From assembly GCA_036491125.1 (NCBI GenBank), contig DASXCO010000181.1, positions 8,486-72,485 of the forward strand: DNA of 64,000 nucleotides, written 5' to 3'. The translations under genes were made by a program, and so were the position numbers. The DNA is from Acidimicrobiales bacterium. GTDB taxonomy: Bacteria; Actinomycetota; Acidimicrobiia; Acidimicrobiales; AC-9. This document shows, in pieces, positions 56,196-64,000 of this stretch. Positions within the stretch are counted from its first letter, which is position 1; each line of letters opens with the position of its first letter. Under the pieces are notes generated by a model. The model was given only the letters and a program-made list of their open reading frames with translations, was not told the origin of the DNA and made no database searches.

Positions 56196-56804
56196 CTATG
56201 TCAGTGTGGGCGGAGGTTGCTTCCAGGCGTTCCAGTAGGCGATGTCGGTCGTCGGACGACGGGGCGCCTCGCTCCACTTGCCAAGCGGGTAACCGACCGG
56301 GATCATTGCGAAAGGTGTAAACGCCTCGGGCACGTCGAGCACCTCTTTGACATCGGCCTCGCGAAGGCGATGGACCGTGGTCAGTGTGGTACCCAAGCCC
56401 AGAGCCCGGGCTGCGAGCAGGAGGTTCTGCACAGCAGGCCACACGGACGCATCAGCATGGCCCCTGGCGCAAGGAATGACGATGGCTGGCGCCTGGCCCA
56501 TGTGCTCACCCAGATGATCGGCCGAACGGAGCAACCGCGTCGCTGCCGCGTCCTCGTCACCCGAGTCGACCGCCGACTGGTAGCTCACCCGCGCCCGCTT
56601 CCAGCACGCCCGGTAGATGTCGCCGAGCCGCCGACGCTTGTTCTCATCAGTGACGATGAGCCATCGGGTCGGTTGGAGGTTGCCACCAGAGGGCGCCTTG
56701 CTGGCCGCCTCGACGATGGCGAGCAGATCCCGATGACCGACTGGGCGCTCAGGGTCGAGCCGACGCATCGCCCTGGTCGTACGGATGGCCTCGAAGAGCT
56801 CCAT
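56196..56804 (-). CDS. nitroreductase family protein
   Basis: MELFEAIRTTRAMRRL..AASKAPSGGNLQPTRWLIV.. and ..NLLLAARALGLGT.. are typical nitroreductase-fold motifs. Confidence 0.85.
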   Translation of the reverse strand: MELFEAIRTTRAMRRLDPERPVGHRDLLAIVEAASKAPSGGNLQPTRWLIVTDENKRRRLGDIYRACWKRARVSYQSAVDSGDEDAAATRLLRSADHLGEHMGQAPAIVIPCARGHADASVWPAVQNLLLAARALGLGTTLTTVHRLREADVKEVLDVPEAFTPFAMIPVGYPLGKWSEAPRRPTTDIAYWNAWKQPPPTLT

Positions 56805-56903
56805 GCCGACATCCTCCCACCGGCGGGTGTCGAGGGCGAGGGCTCAGGACTGGGTGGGGTAGGACTGGGCTGATGGTCGAGCATCTCGTTATGCTGCGGT
56901 CTG

Positions 56904-57767
56904 GTGAGCTCGCTCCAGCCGGTGATAGCCCGTAAGACCTGGCGATCTGTCGAACCCGTACACGCCATGATCTACTTCGCTCCCGAAGCGGCGGAGCGAT
57001 ACGTCGCCCTGGGCCTCGATGGCCAGATGGGCTATTTCGCGTCGCGCTCCGCTCCCATGGGCCCGGTCGGCGTCGAGGTCGTCATCGCCACGTTCTTCAA
57101 CTTCAATCCCGACCTCGTCGGGAGCGCCATCCCGGTCGCTTGGGAGAAGGCGACTTGCGGGGAGATCCTCGAGGCGAGGCTTGCCGGTGCTGACATGGCC
57201 CTCCGCCGGGTGCTGGGCGACGCGGCTGGCTCACCCGAGATGGCTCGGGCCGCGGAGCTCGCCCGCATCGCTGCCGAGGCTGCCTCGGAGCGTCCCGAGG
57301 GACGGCCCCTCTTCGCCGGGCACTCCAAGCTGCCCTGGCCGAGCGAACCACACCTCGTCCTCTGGCAGGCCCAGGCGCTCCTGCGGGAGTATCGCGGTGA
57401 CGGGCATGTAGCCATCCTCACCGGAGCCGGACTCACCGGCATCGAGGCGCTGGTGCTGCATGCGGCGACCGGCGAGGTCCCGGCTGAAGCGCTGCGCGTG
57501 ACGCGGTCCTGGTCACATGAGCAGTGGAACGAGGGCGTCGAGGCCGTCCGCTCACGGGGCTGGCTGTCCGCCGGAGAGGAGCTGTCGCTCTCGGAGGCCG
57601 GCCGGGCCCATCGCCAACAGGTGGAGGATGCTACCGATCACCTGGCCCTCCACCCCTATGCGGCCCTCGGTGACGAACGCTGCTCAGAGCTGCGCGCCCT
57701 GGCCCGGCCGTTCAGCAGGACGATCGTGTCGGCCGGCATGCTTTTCGGCGCTCCGCGCAGCGGCTGA
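56904..57767 (+). CDS. conserved actinobacterial hypothetical protein (SCO6745-like as I recall the family)
   Basis: ..ARKTWRSVEPVHAMIYFAPEAAERYVALGL..GYFASRSAPMGPV..ATFFNFNP.. matches that family from memory. 287 aa, good GC3, GTG start. Confidence 0.6.
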   Translation: MSSLQPVIARKTWRSVEPVHAMIYFAPEAAERYVALGLDGQMGYFASRSAPMGPVGVEVVIATFFNFNPDLVGSAIPVAWEKATCGEILEARLAGADMALRRVLGDAAGSPEMARAAELARIAAEAASERPEGRPLFAGHSKLPWPSEPHLVLWQAQALLREYRGDGHVAILTGAGLTGIEALVLHAATGEVPAEALRVTRSWSHEQWNEGVEAVRSRGWLSAGEELSLSEAGRAHRQQVEDATDHLALHPYAALGDERCSELRALARPFSRTIVSAGMLFGAPRSG

Positions 57768-57909
57768 ATCGAGATCCGCCAGGCCGTGGTGGCGTACGTG
57801 ATCCGCTGCCACCAAGCGAGCAGCCCTACGTCGCAGCGGTCAGCGATTGGTTTCGGACTTGGCGAGCGTCAGAACCAGTGACAAGCTCAGCTCACGAGGA
57901 GGTAGCCAC

Positions 57910-58383
57910 GTGACCGACGACAGTGTCAGCGCGACCACGGTCATCAACGCCCCGGCGGAGGCCATCTTCGTAGTCCTTGCCGATCCGGCAAAGCACGCCG
58001 CGATCGATGGCACCGGCTGGGTCCGTGAAACCCTCGACACCACGCCGTTGACCGCCGCCGGGCAGATATTCCCGATGTCCATGTACCACCCGAACCACCC
58101 AGACGGTAACTACCAGATGGCCAACCGGGTCCAGAAGTTCGACCCGCCGAGCACCATCTCCTGGGAGCCAGGCTACGACGCCGGCGACGGTACTCTGGGC
58201 TTCGGCGGCTGGACCTGGCGCTACGACCTCACGCCAGCTGGACCCTCGGGCACCACAGTCACTCTCTCCTATGACTGGTCAGCAGTCCCGGACTCCATCC
58301 GGGAGCACATCGGCTTCCCGCCGTTCCCTCCGGAGCATCTGGGCAACTCCCTGGCCCACCTCGCCGAACTGGCTACCTTATGA
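57910..58383 (+). CDS. SRPBCC (polyketide cyclase/dehydrase-like) family protein
   Basis: ..SATTVINAPAEAIFVVLADPAKH.. N-terminus typical of the SRPBCC fold. GTG 57910 has GAGGAGG 8 nt upstream. Confidence 0.75.
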   Translation: MTDDSVSATTVINAPAEAIFVVLADPAKHAAIDGTGWVRETLDTTPLTAAGQIFPMSMYHPNHPDGNYQMANRVQKFDPPSTISWEPGYDAGDGTLGFGGWTWRYDLTPAGPSGTTVTLSYDWSAVPDSIREHIGFPPFPPEHLGNSLAHLAELATL

Positions 58384-59037
58384 GCAGCCCGTACTCCCGT
58401 TCCGAACGAGACGGGCGTGCACGACCGAGGACGAGCTGACGAATTCGACACACTTGTAGGCGAGCGGGCGGTTGAGGTGGTCGAAGAGTCGCTCTCCGCA
58501 CCCAAGAAGTATGGGGACGATGGCCAGGTGCATCTCGTGGATAAGGCCGGCGCGCAGATACTGCTGGATCGTGGCGGCGCCACCACCAATCCTCACGTCG
58601 CTGCCCTGGGCTGCCTCGAGCGCTCGCTCGAGGGCCGCGTTGATACCGTCGGTGACAAAGTGGAACGTCGTCCCACCTTCCATCGTTATCGATGCCCGCG
58701 GTTGGTGGGTGAGCACAAACACCGGGTGGTGAAAGGGCGGGTTATCGCCCCACCAGCCCCTCCAGTCCTCGTCACCCCATGAGCCACGAATCGGTCCGAA
58801 CATGTTGCGGCCCATGATGGTCGCGCCGATACCGACGTCGCCCTGTGCGGCGAAGCCATCGTCAATAGCTTCATCGCCGCCCTCCATGTGGGACATCTGC
58901 CGGTAGGTTCGGGTTGCGAATGCCCACCTGTGCAATTCCTGGCCGCCCACGCCGAGCGGGTGGTCCAGGCCCTGGTCGGGTCCGGCTCCGTACCCGTCGA
59001 GCGAGAGCGAAAAGCTGTGCACCCGCACTTTCGGCAT
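58378..59037 (-). CDS. dihydrofolate reductase-like (RibD C-terminal domain) family protein
   Basis: MPKVRVHSFSLSLDGYGAGPDQ.. and ..IGGGAATIQQYLRAGLIHEMHLAIVPILLGCGERLF. Track ORF trimmed to ATG 59037 (GAGAGGAG upstream). Confidence 0.8.
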   Translation of the reverse strand: MPKVRVHSFSLSLDGYGAGPDQGLDHPLGVGGQELHRWAFATRTYRQMSHMEGGDEAIDDGFAAQGDVGIGATIMGRNMFGPIRGSWGDEDWRGWWGDNPPFHHPVFVLTHQPRASITMEGGTTFHFVTDGINAALERALEAAQGSDVRIGGGAATIQQYLRAGLIHEMHLAIVPILLGCGERLFDHLNRPLAYKCVEFVSSSSVVHARLVRNGSTGCS

Positions 59038-59216
59038 TTTGTACTCCTCTCTGAGGGGACGTATCTCGCCTCGCACCAGGGACGTCGAAGCCATCCACGG
59101 GATCTCGACATGCTTGTGTGAAGAGCTTGTGGAAGAGTGATGTCGAGGCGGAGCGGCCGGCACCGACCTTGAGGCACACGGCGCCACCGCCGCCCGACCC
59201 GAGGAGGAACGGCCTC

Positions 59217-59579
59217 ATGAAGTACCTACTGCTGATCTACCAGAACCCCGCAGCTCGCCAGGCGCTGCCGCAGCCGGAGATGGAAGCACTGATGGGAGAG
59301 GCGGGAACGATCATGGACGAGCTGGTGGAGACCGGCGAGTGGATCGGCGGCGAGGCGCTCGCCGACCCATCGACTGCCCGCTCGGTCCGGGTCCGCGACG
59401 GCCTCGCCGCCATCACCGACGGGCCCTTCGCCGAGGCGAAGGAGCAGATGGTCGGTTACTGCATCGTCGACTGCGAGACCATGCAACGGGCCGTGGAGAT
59501 CGCCACGAGGTGGCCCGAGGCCAGGCTGTGGGGCATGGAGGTCCGGCCGATCCTGAGCCCGAATGGGGTCGAGATGTGA
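59217..59579 (+). CDS. YciI (DGPF-motif) family protein
   Basis: MKYLLLIYQN.. and ..ITDGPFAEAKEQMVGYCIVDC..; GAGGAGGA RBS. Track ORF trimmed to ATG 59217. Confidence 0.85.
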   Translation: MKYLLLIYQNPAARQALPQPEMEALMGEAGTIMDELVETGEWIGGEALADPSTARSVRVRDGLAAITDGPFAEAKEQMVGYCIVDCETMQRAVEIATRWPEARLWGMEVRPILSPNGVEM

Positions 59580-60853
59580 GCTCTGCTCCCGTCGAGGGCC
59601 TGCTCCGGGAGGCCGCGCCGCGGGCCCTCGCCGCGCTGATCCGCCGTCACGGACGCTTCGACGCCTGCGAGGACGCCGTCCAAGAGGCGCTCCTTGCTGC
59701 CAACCTGCAGTGGCCGGAGCGCGGCATCCCCGACGACCCTGCCGGTTGGCTCATCACCGTGGCGTCGCGCCGGCTCACCGATCAGCTCCGTAGCAACGAG
59801 TCGCGCCGGCGCCGGGAGGACGCCTTCGCCTTCTCGGTCCCACGGGGCGACGTCGAGGTCGCCGACGAAGACGACACGCTGACCCTGCTCCTGATGTGCT
59901 GCCACCCAGAGCTCACTCCTGCGTCGCAGACCGCCCTGACCCTGCGGGCCGTGGGCGGCCTCACCACGGCTGAGATCGCCCGGGCCTTCCTCGTCCCGGA
60001 GCCCACGATGGCGCAACGGATCAGCCGCGCCAAGCAGCGCGTCCAACGCGCCGGCGCCCGCTTCGAGCCCCCGCCGCCTTCTGATGCCCAGGCGCGGCTC
60101 GCCGTTGTCCTCCACGTCCTCTACCTGGTGTTCAACGAGGGCTACGCCGCCACATCGGGCACCGAGGTGACTCGTGTCGAGCTCACCGCAGAAGCGATCC
60201 GACTCACTCGTCTCGTTCACGACCTCCGCCCTGACGACGGCGAGGTGGCCGGCCTACTCGCGCTCATGTTGCTGAACGACAGCCGGCGCCGGGCGCGCAC
60301 CGGGCCCGACGGCACACTCGTCCCGCTGGCCAAGCAAGACCGCTCGCGGTGGGACCTCGGGCTCATCGAGGAGGGCATCGAGCTTGTGACTGTGGCCCTG
60401 AAAGGTTCGCCGCTCGGGCCGTACCAGCTGCAGGCGGCGATCGCCGCCGTGCACGCCGAGGCGCCCGAGGCCATGGACACCGACTGGGCTCAGATCACCG
60501 CGCTCTACGAGGTGCTCGAGCGGCTCTCGCCCAGCCCCGTCGTGCGGCTGAACCGGGCCGTCGCCGTCGCCATGGTCGACGGGCCGGAGGCCGGGCTCGA
60601 CCTGCTCGCGACCCTGGACAAGGACGAGCGCCTGGCCGCCCACTACCGCGTCACCGCCGTCCGCGCCCACCTGTTCGACCTCGCTGGCGAACACGATGCG
60701 GCGCGGTCGAGCTTCCTCGACGCCGCCCGGTCGAGCACAAGCCTCCCCGAGCGGCGATATCTGGAGGCCCAGGCGGAGCGGCTGAACTCCCCCGGATTTT
60801 CTCCGTCGAGGTGTCGATCCGACCGGAACCCGCTCGACGCTCTGCCAGAGTGA
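59576..60853 (+). CDS. ECF-type sigma-70 family factor with long C-terminal (DUF6596/TPR-like) extension
   Basis: Region 2 ..CEDAVQEALLAANLQWPERGIPDDPAGWLITVASRRLTD, region 4 ..LRAVGGLTTAEIARAFLVPEPTMAQRISRAKQRV, then ..YLVFNEGYAATSG..GPYQLQAAIAAVHA..LNRAVAV.. GTG 59576 overlaps the YciI stop (GTGA). Confidence 0.85.
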   Translation: MSSAPVEGLLREAAPRALAALIRRHGRFDACEDAVQEALLAANLQWPERGIPDDPAGWLITVASRRLTDQLRSNESRRRREDAFAFSVPRGDVEVADEDDTLTLLLMCCHPELTPASQTALTLRAVGGLTTAEIARAFLVPEPTMAQRISRAKQRVQRAGARFEPPPPSDAQARLAVVLHVLYLVFNEGYAATSGTEVTRVELTAEAIRLTRLVHDLRPDDGEVAGLLALMLLNDSRRRARTGPDGTLVPLAKQDRSRWDLGLIEEGIELVTVALKGSPLGPYQLQAAIAAVHAEAPEAMDTDWAQITALYEVLERLSPSPVVRLNRAVAVAMVDGPEAGLDLLATLDKDERLAAHYRVTAVRAHLFDLAGEHDAARSSFLDAARSSTSLPERRYLEAQAERLNSPGFSPSRCRSDRNPLDALPE

Positions 60854-60880
60854 GGCAAGAGCTGCCCACGCAGAGGAGAA

Positions 60881-61234
60881 ATGGAGCAGACCATGCGATT
60901 CCTGGGATACACCCTTGCCAACGAGGCAGAGGCCCCGACCGAGGCCCCGTCCCCCGATCTGTACGAGAAGATGGGGCGGTTCGTCGAGGAGGCGACCAAG
61001 GCCGGCATCATCGTCGCCACCGGTGGAATCGCCCCCACATCCGAGGGCGCCCGGATCAGTCTGAAGAGTGGCGAGTACACCGTCGTCGACGGGCCTTTCG
61101 CCGAGGCCAAGGAGCTGGTGGGTGGCTGGGCGCTCCTGGAGTGCCGGGACCTGCCCGAAGCCGTCGAGTGGTCCAAGCGGTTCCTCGGCGTCCTTGGCGA
61201 GGGCGAGGTGCGCGTCCGCCCCGTCTCGGGCTGA
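60881..61234 (+). CDS. YciI (DGPF-motif) family protein, second copy
   Basis: ..VVDGPFAEAKELVGGWALLEC..; starts 27 nt after the sigma gene stop. ATG 60881 or ATG 60893. Confidence 0.85.
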   Translation: MEQTMRFLGYTLANEAEAPTEAPSPDLYEKMGRFVEEATKAGIIVATGGIAPTSEGARISLKSGEYTVVDGPFAEAKELVGGWALLECRDLPEAVEWSKRFLGVLGEGEVRVRPVSG

Positions 61235-61268
61235 CGCAGCGGCGCCCCCTCTCCTGCCGAAGGCACGA

Positions 61269-61316
61269 CGTGGTGGTTGAATCGGTGGCGTGCCGGATAC
61301 CGATTCAACCGCCACG
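61269..61316 (+). promoter_or_regulatory. 18-bp stem hairpin whose 12-nt loop contains the start codon of the second sigma gene
   Basis: Read directly: CGTGGTGGTTGAATCGGT (61269-86) pairs with ACCGATTCAACCGCCACG (61299-61316). This includes a 12-bp perfect core and one G.U. The loop GGCGTGCCGGAT holds GTG 61290. Confidence 0.6.
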
Positions 61317-62588
61317 ATCGAGGCCGCCTACCGGGTCGAGTTCCCAAAGGTGGTCGCGGTGCTGGCCAGCTTCACCGGCGACATCGCTCTTGCCGAGGAC
61401 CTTGCTCAGGACGCGCTCGCGGACGCGCTGCTCCAGTGGCCTCGCGACGGGACCCCGCACAACCCTGGTGCATGGCTCACCGCCGTGGGGAAGCGCAAAG
61501 CGATCGACGCCTTCCGCCGACAGCGTACGTTGGCGACCAAGTACGCCCAGATCGGACGCGAGCTGCAGGCCCATTCGGCCCTCGGCGACGGGGACGACGC
61601 GACGCTCGACGCGGTGTCGAGCGAGGAGATCGACGACGACCGCGTCCGGCTGATCTTCGTCGCCTGCCACCCCGTCCTGGCGCTGCCCGTCCGGGTAGCG
61701 TTGACCTTGCGCCTCGTGGGTGGGCTCACGGTGCCCGAGATCGCCCGGGCCTACGTCGTCCCCGAGGCAACAGTCGCCCAGCGCATCGTGCGGGCCAAGA
61801 AGGCCATCGCCCGAGCTGGCGTCCCGTTCGAGGTCCCGGTCGGTGAGGATCGCTTGTCGCGCCTGGGCGCCGTGCTCGAAGTCATCTACCTCGTCTTCAA
61901 CGAGGGCTACTCGGCCACCACGGGCGAGGACTGGGTGCGGCCCGAGCTTTGCAGCGAGGCGCTTCGCCTCGGCCGCGTGCTCGCCGCGCTCGTGCCCGAC
62001 GAGCCCGAGGTGCACGGCCTCGTCGCCCTCATGGAGATCCAGTCCTCCCGCCTGCGCGCCCGCACCGGCCCCACCGGCGCGCCCGTTCTGCTGCTCGACC
62101 AGGACCGCCGCACGTGGGACCGGCTCCACATCGGGCGCGGCGAGACAGCGCTGGCCCGGGCTGACGAGCTCGCCAATACCCGGGGCCCCTACACCCTGCA
62201 GGCCGCCATCGCCGCCTGCCACGCCCGCTCCTTCCGGCCCGAGGAGACCGACTGGGACGAGCTCGTCGCTCTCTACACCGCGCTCGCCCGCGCCACACCG
62301 TCGCCGATCGTCGAGCTCAACCGCGCCGTCGCGGTATCGCGGGCCTCGGGGCCGGCCGAAGCCCTGGCCCTGGTGGACGTCCTCGTCGGCACCGCCACGC
62401 TCGAGCGCTACCACCTGCTCTACAGCGTGCGGGGCGATCTGCTCGACCGGTTGGGCCGCCACGATGAGGCGGCAGCAGAGTTCGAGCGAGCGGCAGCATT
62501 AGCGACCAACGGACAGGAGCGCACCCTCCTGTCCGAGCGCGCTCGGGCCAGCCGGTCCACCAACGCCGCCGGTCCCGGCGAGGGATGA
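61290..62588 (+). CDS. ECF-type sigma-70 family factor with long C-terminal extension, second copy
   Basis: ..AEDLAQDALADALLQWPRDGTPHNPGAWLTAVGKRKAID.., ..LRLVGGLTVPEIARAYVVPEATVAQRIVRAKKAI.., ..YLVFNEGYSATTG..GPYTLQAAIAACHA..LNRAVAV.. It is a paralogue of 59576..60853. Confidence 0.9.
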   Translation: MPDTDSTATIEAAYRVEFPKVVAVLASFTGDIALAEDLAQDALADALLQWPRDGTPHNPGAWLTAVGKRKAIDAFRRQRTLATKYAQIGRELQAHSALGDGDDATLDAVSSEEIDDDRVRLIFVACHPVLALPVRVALTLRLVGGLTVPEIARAYVVPEATVAQRIVRAKKAIARAGVPFEVPVGEDRLSRLGAVLEVIYLVFNEGYSATTGEDWVRPELCSEALRLGRVLAALVPDEPEVHGLVALMEIQSSRLRARTGPTGAPVLLLDQDRRTWDRLHIGRGETALARADELANTRGPYTLQAAIAACHARSFRPEETDWDELVALYTALARATPSPIVELNRAVAVSRASGPAEALALVDVLVGTATLERYHLLYSVRGDLLDRLGRHDEAAAEFERAAALATNGQERTLLSERARASRSTNAAGPGEG

Positions 62589-62764
62589 CCGGCGCCACCG
62601 CCGATCTCCAGGAGGCACAGGGAACGGAACGCCGAGCGGACATGATCCGCGCTCGACCTCGGTGCCGCTTAGGTCGACATCCACCTTGGGCGCCACCGAA
62701 CGCCGGCTCGGTGCGGCAACTGACGCTCCAGCGGTGGGTCCCGCGGCTCGGTTACTGTGCCCTT

Positions 62765-63448
62765 GTGGGCCGCTTGGTGCTCTGGGACGTGGACGGGACA
62801 TTGCTGAGGACGCCAGGAATCGGCGTCGCAGCCATGCACCGGGCGCTCGAACGGGTGGTGGGCGTAGCCCCTGCTGAGACGGTGCGCTTCGCGGGCATGC
62901 TCGACTCGGACATTGCCCTCGCCTACCTGGAATCAATGAAGGCTGACCCGGAGGTCCATCTGCAACCGGTGCTCGCCGCCTGTGTGGAAGAGCTCGAGGC
63001 GGCCAGGGAGGACATCGCCGAGCGCGGTTGGGTTCTCCCTGGGGTCACCGATGCTCTGGCCGCCCTTGATAAGGAGCGGGGAGTACGCGAAACGCTGCTG
63101 ACGGGCAACTTGCGGGCCAACGCCATCCTAAAGGTCAGCGTCCTGGGACTCGATCCGTGGCTGGACCTGGAGGTAGGAGCCTACGGGGAAGACGCCCGTC
63201 AGCGTCACGAGTTGGTGCCGGTTGCTCTCGAACGGCTTGCCAAGCTCCGCAACCGGATCTACCACCGTGGGGAGGTGTGGGTCATCGGCGACAGCGAGAA
63301 CGACCTCGCTTGCGCGAAGAAGAGCGGCGCTCACTGCCTGCTCGTGGGAACTGGATGGGGCCTTCCGGACGGGGCCGCCGAGGAGGCCGACGCCTTCATG
63401 GAGGAGATATCGGATACCGACGCCGTGCTCGACATCATCTTGGGATGA
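62765..63448 (+). CDS. HAD-superfamily hydrolase (phosphatase-like)
   Basis: LVLWDVDGTLL (motif I), ..LLTGN.., ..WVIGDSENDLACA (motif IV). Start moved to GTG 62765, because upstream codons from ATG 62585 have poor GC3. Confidence 0.75.
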   Translation: MGRLVLWDVDGTLLRTPGIGVAAMHRALERVVGVAPAETVRFAGMLDSDIALAYLESMKADPEVHLQPVLAACVEELEAAREDIAERGWVLPGVTDALAALDKERGVRETLLTGNLRANAILKVSVLGLDPWLDLEVGAYGEDARQRHELVPVALERLAKLRNRIYHRGEVWVIGDSENDLACAKKSGAHCLLVGTGWGLPDGAAEEADAFMEEISDTDAVLDIILG

Positions 63449-63532
63449 CAGGCAGAGGGGTTCTGAGCGCTCGGTGAGTTCGGGGATCTTGGACGACGCC
63501 GGGTAGTTCGGCTGTTCTGATCTGATTGACGG

Positions 63533-64000
63533 ATGCCCACGGACGAATTCGACGCAGTGACCGAACCGCACCGCCATGAGCTCCGGGTCCACTGCTACCG
63601 GATGTTGGGATCTGTGCACGACGCCGATGACCTTGTGCAGGAGACCATGTTGCGGGCCTGGCGGGCCTACGACCGGTACGATCCCGAACGGGCATCGGTC
63701 CGCACGTGGCTCTACAGGATCGCGACGAACGCCTGCCTGAACGCGCTCGCGAGCCGGGCGCGGCGCCCGTTGCCGTCGGCGGTGGGCGCACTGTTCGAAG
63801 ACCCCGAGGCTGCGTTCGTTCCTGGCGTCGAAGTACCGTGGCTCGAGCCGATCCCCGCCGATCCAGCGGCGTCTGCGGTCGAACGAAGCCGGCTCCGGCT
63901 CGCGTTCGTGGCTGCCTTGCAGTTGCTCCCGCCACGCCAGCGGGCCGCGCTCATCCTCCGCGAGGTGTTCGAAGTGCCCGCTGCCGAGGTCGCCGAACTG
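63533..64000 (+). CDS. ECF sigma factor (TIGR02960/SigG-J-like), N-terminal 156 aa; continues beyond window end
   Basis: Own translation from ATG 63533: [97 protein letters not shown] (regions 2 and 4). Not in the track because it has no stop in the window. Confidence 0.85.
   Translation, partial: MPTDEFDAVTEPHRHELRVHCYRMLGSVHDADDLVQETMLRAWRAYDRYDPERASVRTWLYRIATNACLNALASRARRPLPSAVGALFEDPEAAFVPGVEVPWLEPIPADPAASAVERSRLRLAFVAALQLLPPRQRAALILREVFEVPAAEVAEL

Noticed and set aside
62585-62764. ATG 62585 (ATGA overlap with the sigma stop) as the start of the HAD hydrolase
   Set aside because: The 60 extra codons have poor third-position GC in their middle part and encode an Arg/Pro-rich tail. HAD motif I (DVDGT) normally lies within about 10 residues of the N-terminus, which fits GTG 62765.

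Overview
64 kb of very GC-rich DNA (roughly 70% G+C by eye). The gene content points to an Actinomycetota chromosome: several F420-linked enzyme families, MhuD-type heme oxygenase, a stand-alone LigD polymerase domain, a HelZ-like SNF2 helicase, a WYL regulator, FurA/KatG and cytochrome bd. I support about 68 protein-coding genes plus one gene remnant. They are tightly packed on both strands, and many are joined by 4-nt ATGA/GTGA stop-start overlaps. I recognised no rRNA, tRNA, CRISPR array, transposase, integrase or phage genes. Most long Arg/Pro/Gly-rich ORFs in the track are GC-driven shadow frames. Main points: (1) The two formate dehydrogenase ORFs are one selenoprotein gene (in-frame TGA at 40788 plus a SECIS-like hairpin), placed divergently from cydAB. 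(2) An ArsR/SmtB repressor with an alpha5-type metal site is translationally coupled to a 99-aa His/Cys-rich repeat protein, behind a predicted leaderless promoter. (3) An Arn-like envelope glycan-modification cluster combines a GT-C enzyme, a GT2 enzyme, a sugar 3-oxidase, an aminotransferase and an N-acetyltransferase. (4) A WYL regulator is flanked on both sides by inverted repeats that share GAAACCGGCCA. (5) Two tandem YciI plus extended-ECF-sigma modules are followed by a third ECF sigma gene, and an 18-bp hairpin encloses the start codon of the second sigma gene. (6) A LAL-regulated cluster resembles aromatic catabolism and includes a fused double muconolactone-isomerase fold. Nothing resembles a known phage-defence system; the least-described candidates are points 2, 3, 4 and 5. 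All functional calls come from motif recognition by eye. No database search or folding program was run.
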